A stretch of 39,797 nt of DNA from Neolecta irregularis DAH-3 (Eukaryota), in the NCBI GenBank assembly GCA_001929475.1, contig LXFE01001513.1, positions 1 through 39,797 of the forward strand, written 5' to 3'. Each line of letters starts with the position of its first letter. The first letter of the stretch is position 1. This document shows positions 36,104 through 39,797 of the stretch, piece by piece. A program made the translations under genes and the position numbers. Under the pieces are notes generated by a model. That model did not search any database, was not told the DNA's origin, and saw only the letters and a program-made list of their open reading frames with translations.

Positions 36104-36426
36104 ATGTATCCATCAAACTTGGAATCCAGCAAAGAAAAGGTACAATCATGATAATCAGTCCAAGCTGATACAAGACTTTCAAAGCGCTTTACTTTGCGGC
36201 AGCTAAAGATGCTACCCAGATGACTTGCGAAAATATTCCCATGCCGAATACTACCCTTACAATGGCCAATCTTTCAGAGTTTCTTGCACAACGGCATCCA
36301 GCTTTAAAGCGGAGACAGATACTGGAGGGATGTTTATTTACTGTAAACGAAGAGTATGTCGATCCCGAGACAATAATAAAGCATGGGGACGAGGTGGCAA
36401 TTATACCACCTGTTAGTGGAGGATGA
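36104..36426 (+). CDS. Molybdopterin synthase sulfur-carrier subunit (MoaD/MOCS2A/CnxG)
   Basis: FKALYFAAAKDAT...TVNEEYV...GDEVAIIPPVSGG* (ThiS/MoaD fold with C-terminal GG). One 5' intron; start approximate. Confidence 0.88.
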
Positions 36427-36865
36427 AAGGAATCCCGAATAATGTTTTTATTAATGTCAATTAGAGGGCGTATATCAATTGAACAATACGAGTGGGGATA
36501 AAACCATGGATTGGCAGACTAATAGATATGAAGCCCCTTAACTAATATGCCTCTGAAAATATCGGTAATCTGTATCCAACAAAGGAAGATTAGAAATACC
36601 ATGATTGTTTGAATACTTTACTACCAAGCATGCTGAACTACTGCAATGCCAGTCCTGAAAGGTTCAAAGTCAATTTTCGCCGGGCAGCCTCAAAGGGCAA
36701 AAGGAAACGCAGATATCATCTAGTGGTAAGGTAGCAATGTTCCTTTGTGGCGTTGGTTATTGGAAAGGGTTAAAGCGAAACCTCATCTCTGCAAAGTTTC
36801 CATTTCAAATCGACTACACAAATTAATTCACAAACGATTTCATGGTAAGCGCCTTGCAGAGAAAT

Positions 36866-37783
36866 ATGTCCAATAGGCAGTCTAGGTTAGAAATAATTGG
36901 CCCTGAGGGTCTTCGAATTGGTAACATCATTTTCCGAGGTCTGCAGTTGACGAGAAAGACGGTCGTCGGTGGAATGAACTGCGTCGGTTTCAATGTAGAG
37001 TAGGACTTCGACCCGAGGCAGATGGCTCTTCGTACGTTGAACACGGAAATTCCAAAGTTATGTGTGTGGTGAACGGACCACATGAACCATCAACTCGATC
37101 AACTACAAAAGCGAATATTAATGTCGAATTTACAATTGCGGCCTTTAGCGAAACTGATCGAAAGAAAAGAAATCGGACGGATAGGTATGTGGTCGGTTGA
37201 AATGAGTCGGTAACGATTAGACGGATACAGGAATATAGTATGGCGATCCAGAAAGCGTTTGATATCGCTGTATTAACCAGCTTGATTCCGAGGAGCCAGA
37301 TTGATGTGAAGGTCCATGTTTTGTCACAGGACGGAGGTTTGGGAGTGATTCTGTGCCTTTCTAATCAAAGGGTTGTTACAAAGTGTAATAAATGCGGCCA
37401 CGTTGGCACTTGTTGATGCTGGTGTACCAATGACGGATTATGTTTGTGCATGTAATGCAGGATGCTTGCAAGATGATGTATTACTTGGTACCCCACAGGT
37501 TTTATTTTTACCAAGCTGACGGTAGACTTGAACAACATCGAGGAGAATGACCTCTCGTGGTGCACGGTTGCAACGTTGGGGAAATCAGGCCAAGTCACAT
37601 TGCTACAGGTATCTGTATTGTCAAAAGAGATTTAATGTTTAGATGGAAAACAAAGTGCAGATGGAACGGTTTGAAACTATAATGGCTGTTGCCATCTCTG
37701 GATGCGAGCAGATCCATACTATTATGGACGACACTGTGAGGAGAACGAGTAAGGGCTTTCTAGAAAAGCTTAAAGTGCGGTGA
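36866..37783 (+). CDS. RRP41: Exosome RNase PH-like subunit Rrp41/Ski6
   Basis: MSNRQSRLEIIGPEGLRI/DGRRWNELRRF..ADGSSYVEHGNSKVMCVVNGPHEP; PRSQIDVKVHVLSQDGG; INAATLALVDAGVPMTDYV; DLNNIEE. Confidence 0.93.
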
Positions 37784-38271
37784 GCATAGACAGGAAGTGG
37801 GCAGAGTTAGATATGAAACGAATAACCAAGTGTATGCATATAACCTTGCCGTAGAGTATAACTGGCATGCGTGAGACAAAAAATCCAAGTACATCTAGAA
37901 TATAAACCCACGAGTACGCGTGATGTACATTTTCAACTCCGCCAGCATAATTAGCGACATAACCAAAAAGAGCAAACATATTTGTTTTTCCGGGCATTTT
38001 GCATTATAAAAGGACTCTTGCCGCGCTCCACTGTTCTTCACTTACCTGGCGGCGGTCCCTGTAGCTCACAAATTATGGGGAGTCGACTTTTGGACTGGGC
38101 ATTGCACAGCGTTTGGTACATGGTCGCAAATGTACCTTCGGGTCATTTGGTCGCATAATCTTTGATGGCGTCCGAAAGGACTTGCAGCTTTTTGCTTCTT
38201 TTCAGGGTAAAACTTGAACAGATGTGGGGGGTAAAATGCAGTTTAAATAAAGTACAGTTTCTAATATATGT

Positions 38272-39707
38272 TTACACCATCTCTGTATCTCGAAGTAGTT
38301 CTTTTGGGGATTCCCACTTCAGATCCTTGCCCGATCCCTCTTCTTCCCGGTCTTCCCGTATGATATTATCGTCGTCTGCTATATCATAGCCGCCCGGCGC
38401 AAATTCCTGCATCTGCACACTGGGTGCTCCATTTAAAAAGCGAAGCTGTTCCATGACCTTGACGCGGAGATTCTCGAGGCTCTTTCTGGAATTGCGGTTT
38501 TCGACGCGGCCTGTAAGCTGTGGATGCAGATTGTAGTCTGGTCGAAAGAATTCCCTGTATGCGGTATCAGGAAGCTTGTTGCCCAACTCAACATCCAGAA
38601 AGCAAGCTGCATATGAGCACACCACCACCAACAAACACATACCCGTTTCATATGCCCAGCAGCGGGCGACATTCCGGACGGTGTAACCTCCTCCGCCAAC
38701 TACAAGCATCGGAAGCCCAAAGCTTTTTGCAAAGCGCACACATTCGCCATGTGCCTTTATGCTGAGATTGAAACATCCCAGGCGATCACAACCGAGCGAA
38801 TCGGCTCCACACTGAAGCACGACCGCCGTCGGACGATAGGAATTGATACAAGGCTCGAGAATGGATTTGAACAGCTGGACATAGGACTGGTCGTCGATGC
38901 CGTCTTTGAGAGGGATATTCAAGGAGTGGTGTTTGCCGACATCGCCGCCTATTTCACTGCTGTTTCCGGTGCCGGGAAAGAAGTCGCCGTTGTACTTGTG
39001 GAGCGACAGCGTCATGACTCTGTCTGTGTTGTAGAACGCTTCCTGCACGCCGTCTCCGTGGTGGATATCAATATCGATATAGAGCACGCGGGGATGGTAT
39101 CGCAGCAGATCCAGGATGGCGAGAACGATATCGTTGATGAAGCAAAACCCGCTTGCTTCGAATTTCTTGGCGTGGTGCAGTCCGCCGCTCCAGTTGATCG
39201 CAATGTCCGACTGGCCGCTGATCAATTTCCTTGCCGCATCCAGGCTTGCGCCTGCGTATATACTGCAGAAATCATAGACACCGTCAAACACCGGACAGTC
39301 GTCGCCCACATTGAATTTTTGGAATACCGAGGCAAAGGTATGTGCGTTGTCCGGCGTGACCCTGGCGGTCAACGAGTGCGACAAGGGCATTACTTTTGCA
39401 GAAAGTCTACATATTCCGGCGCATGGAAGGCGCTGATCTGCGCAGCGGATGCTTTGCGCGGCTGGTATACATCCATGTAGTTGTGCAGTCCATATCCCAT
39501 CACCAAATGATTTGTGAGCGTTAGGCGGTGCGGCTTCATCTGCCTGTCAGCATCGTCAAAATAAAAGCGCACTGGATGCCGCTCGCCGAAATGAAAATTG
39601 CCTACAGCAGCATCATGGTGGTACGAAACACGCTGATACTGGCGGCCATTTCTGTAAGACAGAGTATCAGCATCGCGGATGGTGAGTGTTTCATCTCCTT
39701 CAAACAT
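38272..39707 (-). CDS. HOS2: Class I histone deacetylase, Hos2-like
   Basis: [87 protein letters not shown]. Three short introns. Confidence 0.93.
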
Positions 39708-39797
39708 GCGAAATGAATAAATTGCAGTTGGGGTGGTGAGTCAATCACGCCCTGCTCTGACTCGTTACCGACAATGGCAGACGCGGCAGCTGTACTC
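39666..39797. repeat. Terminal direct repeat, right copy (matches 1..136); includes the first codons of YNG2 from 39774
   Basis: Direct comparison with the start of the window. Confidence 0.97.

Noticed and set aside
36423..36464. Bicistronic MOCS2A/MOCS2B arrangement via the ATGA overlap at the stop codon
   Set aside because: The overlapping ORF is only 13 codons and shows no MoaE similarity.
38749..39480. 243-aa plus-strand ORF, and similar long ORFs at 21512-22150 and 19473-19925
   Set aside because: Antisense shadows of HOS2, SPA2 and tricalbin exons with no independent motifs.

Overview
Eukaryotic (fungal) nuclear DNA: gene-dense, with many very short (mostly 30-46 nt) introns and degenerate splice signals. 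From recalled homologue sequences the proteins look most like early-diverging ascomycetes (Taphrinomycotina, Neolecta-like); this is inference. Genes in order: YNG2-like ING/PHD, a Zn2Cys6 transcription factor, CGI121 (cut by a repeat and a 10-N gap), two inverted purine-cytosine permease paralogues, a ~6.7 kb gene-poor block with transposon relics, tricalbin, SPA2, SSU72, an NBP2-like SH3 protein, ENT3, a second Spa2-like gene lacking the GIT repeats, cyclophilin, SLX4, RPS21, MOCS2A/CnxG, RRP41 and HOS2. Main observations: (1) a box C/D snoRNA in the one long cyclophilin intron, with a 13-nt guide that places methylation on 18S A100; (2) the two window ends are the same 132/136-bp sequence, differing by one 4-bp indel, so the scaffold is circularly permuted, circular or tandemly duplicated, and HOS2 and YNG2 form a head-to-head pair; (3) a Spa2 paralogue whose apparent N-terminus is a possible myristoylation motif; (4) a hairpin followed by head-to-head telomeric repeats; (5) an integrase relic disabled by C-to-T changes. 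I cannot demonstrate a wholly new biological system. Gene models were spliced by eye and no database searches were run.
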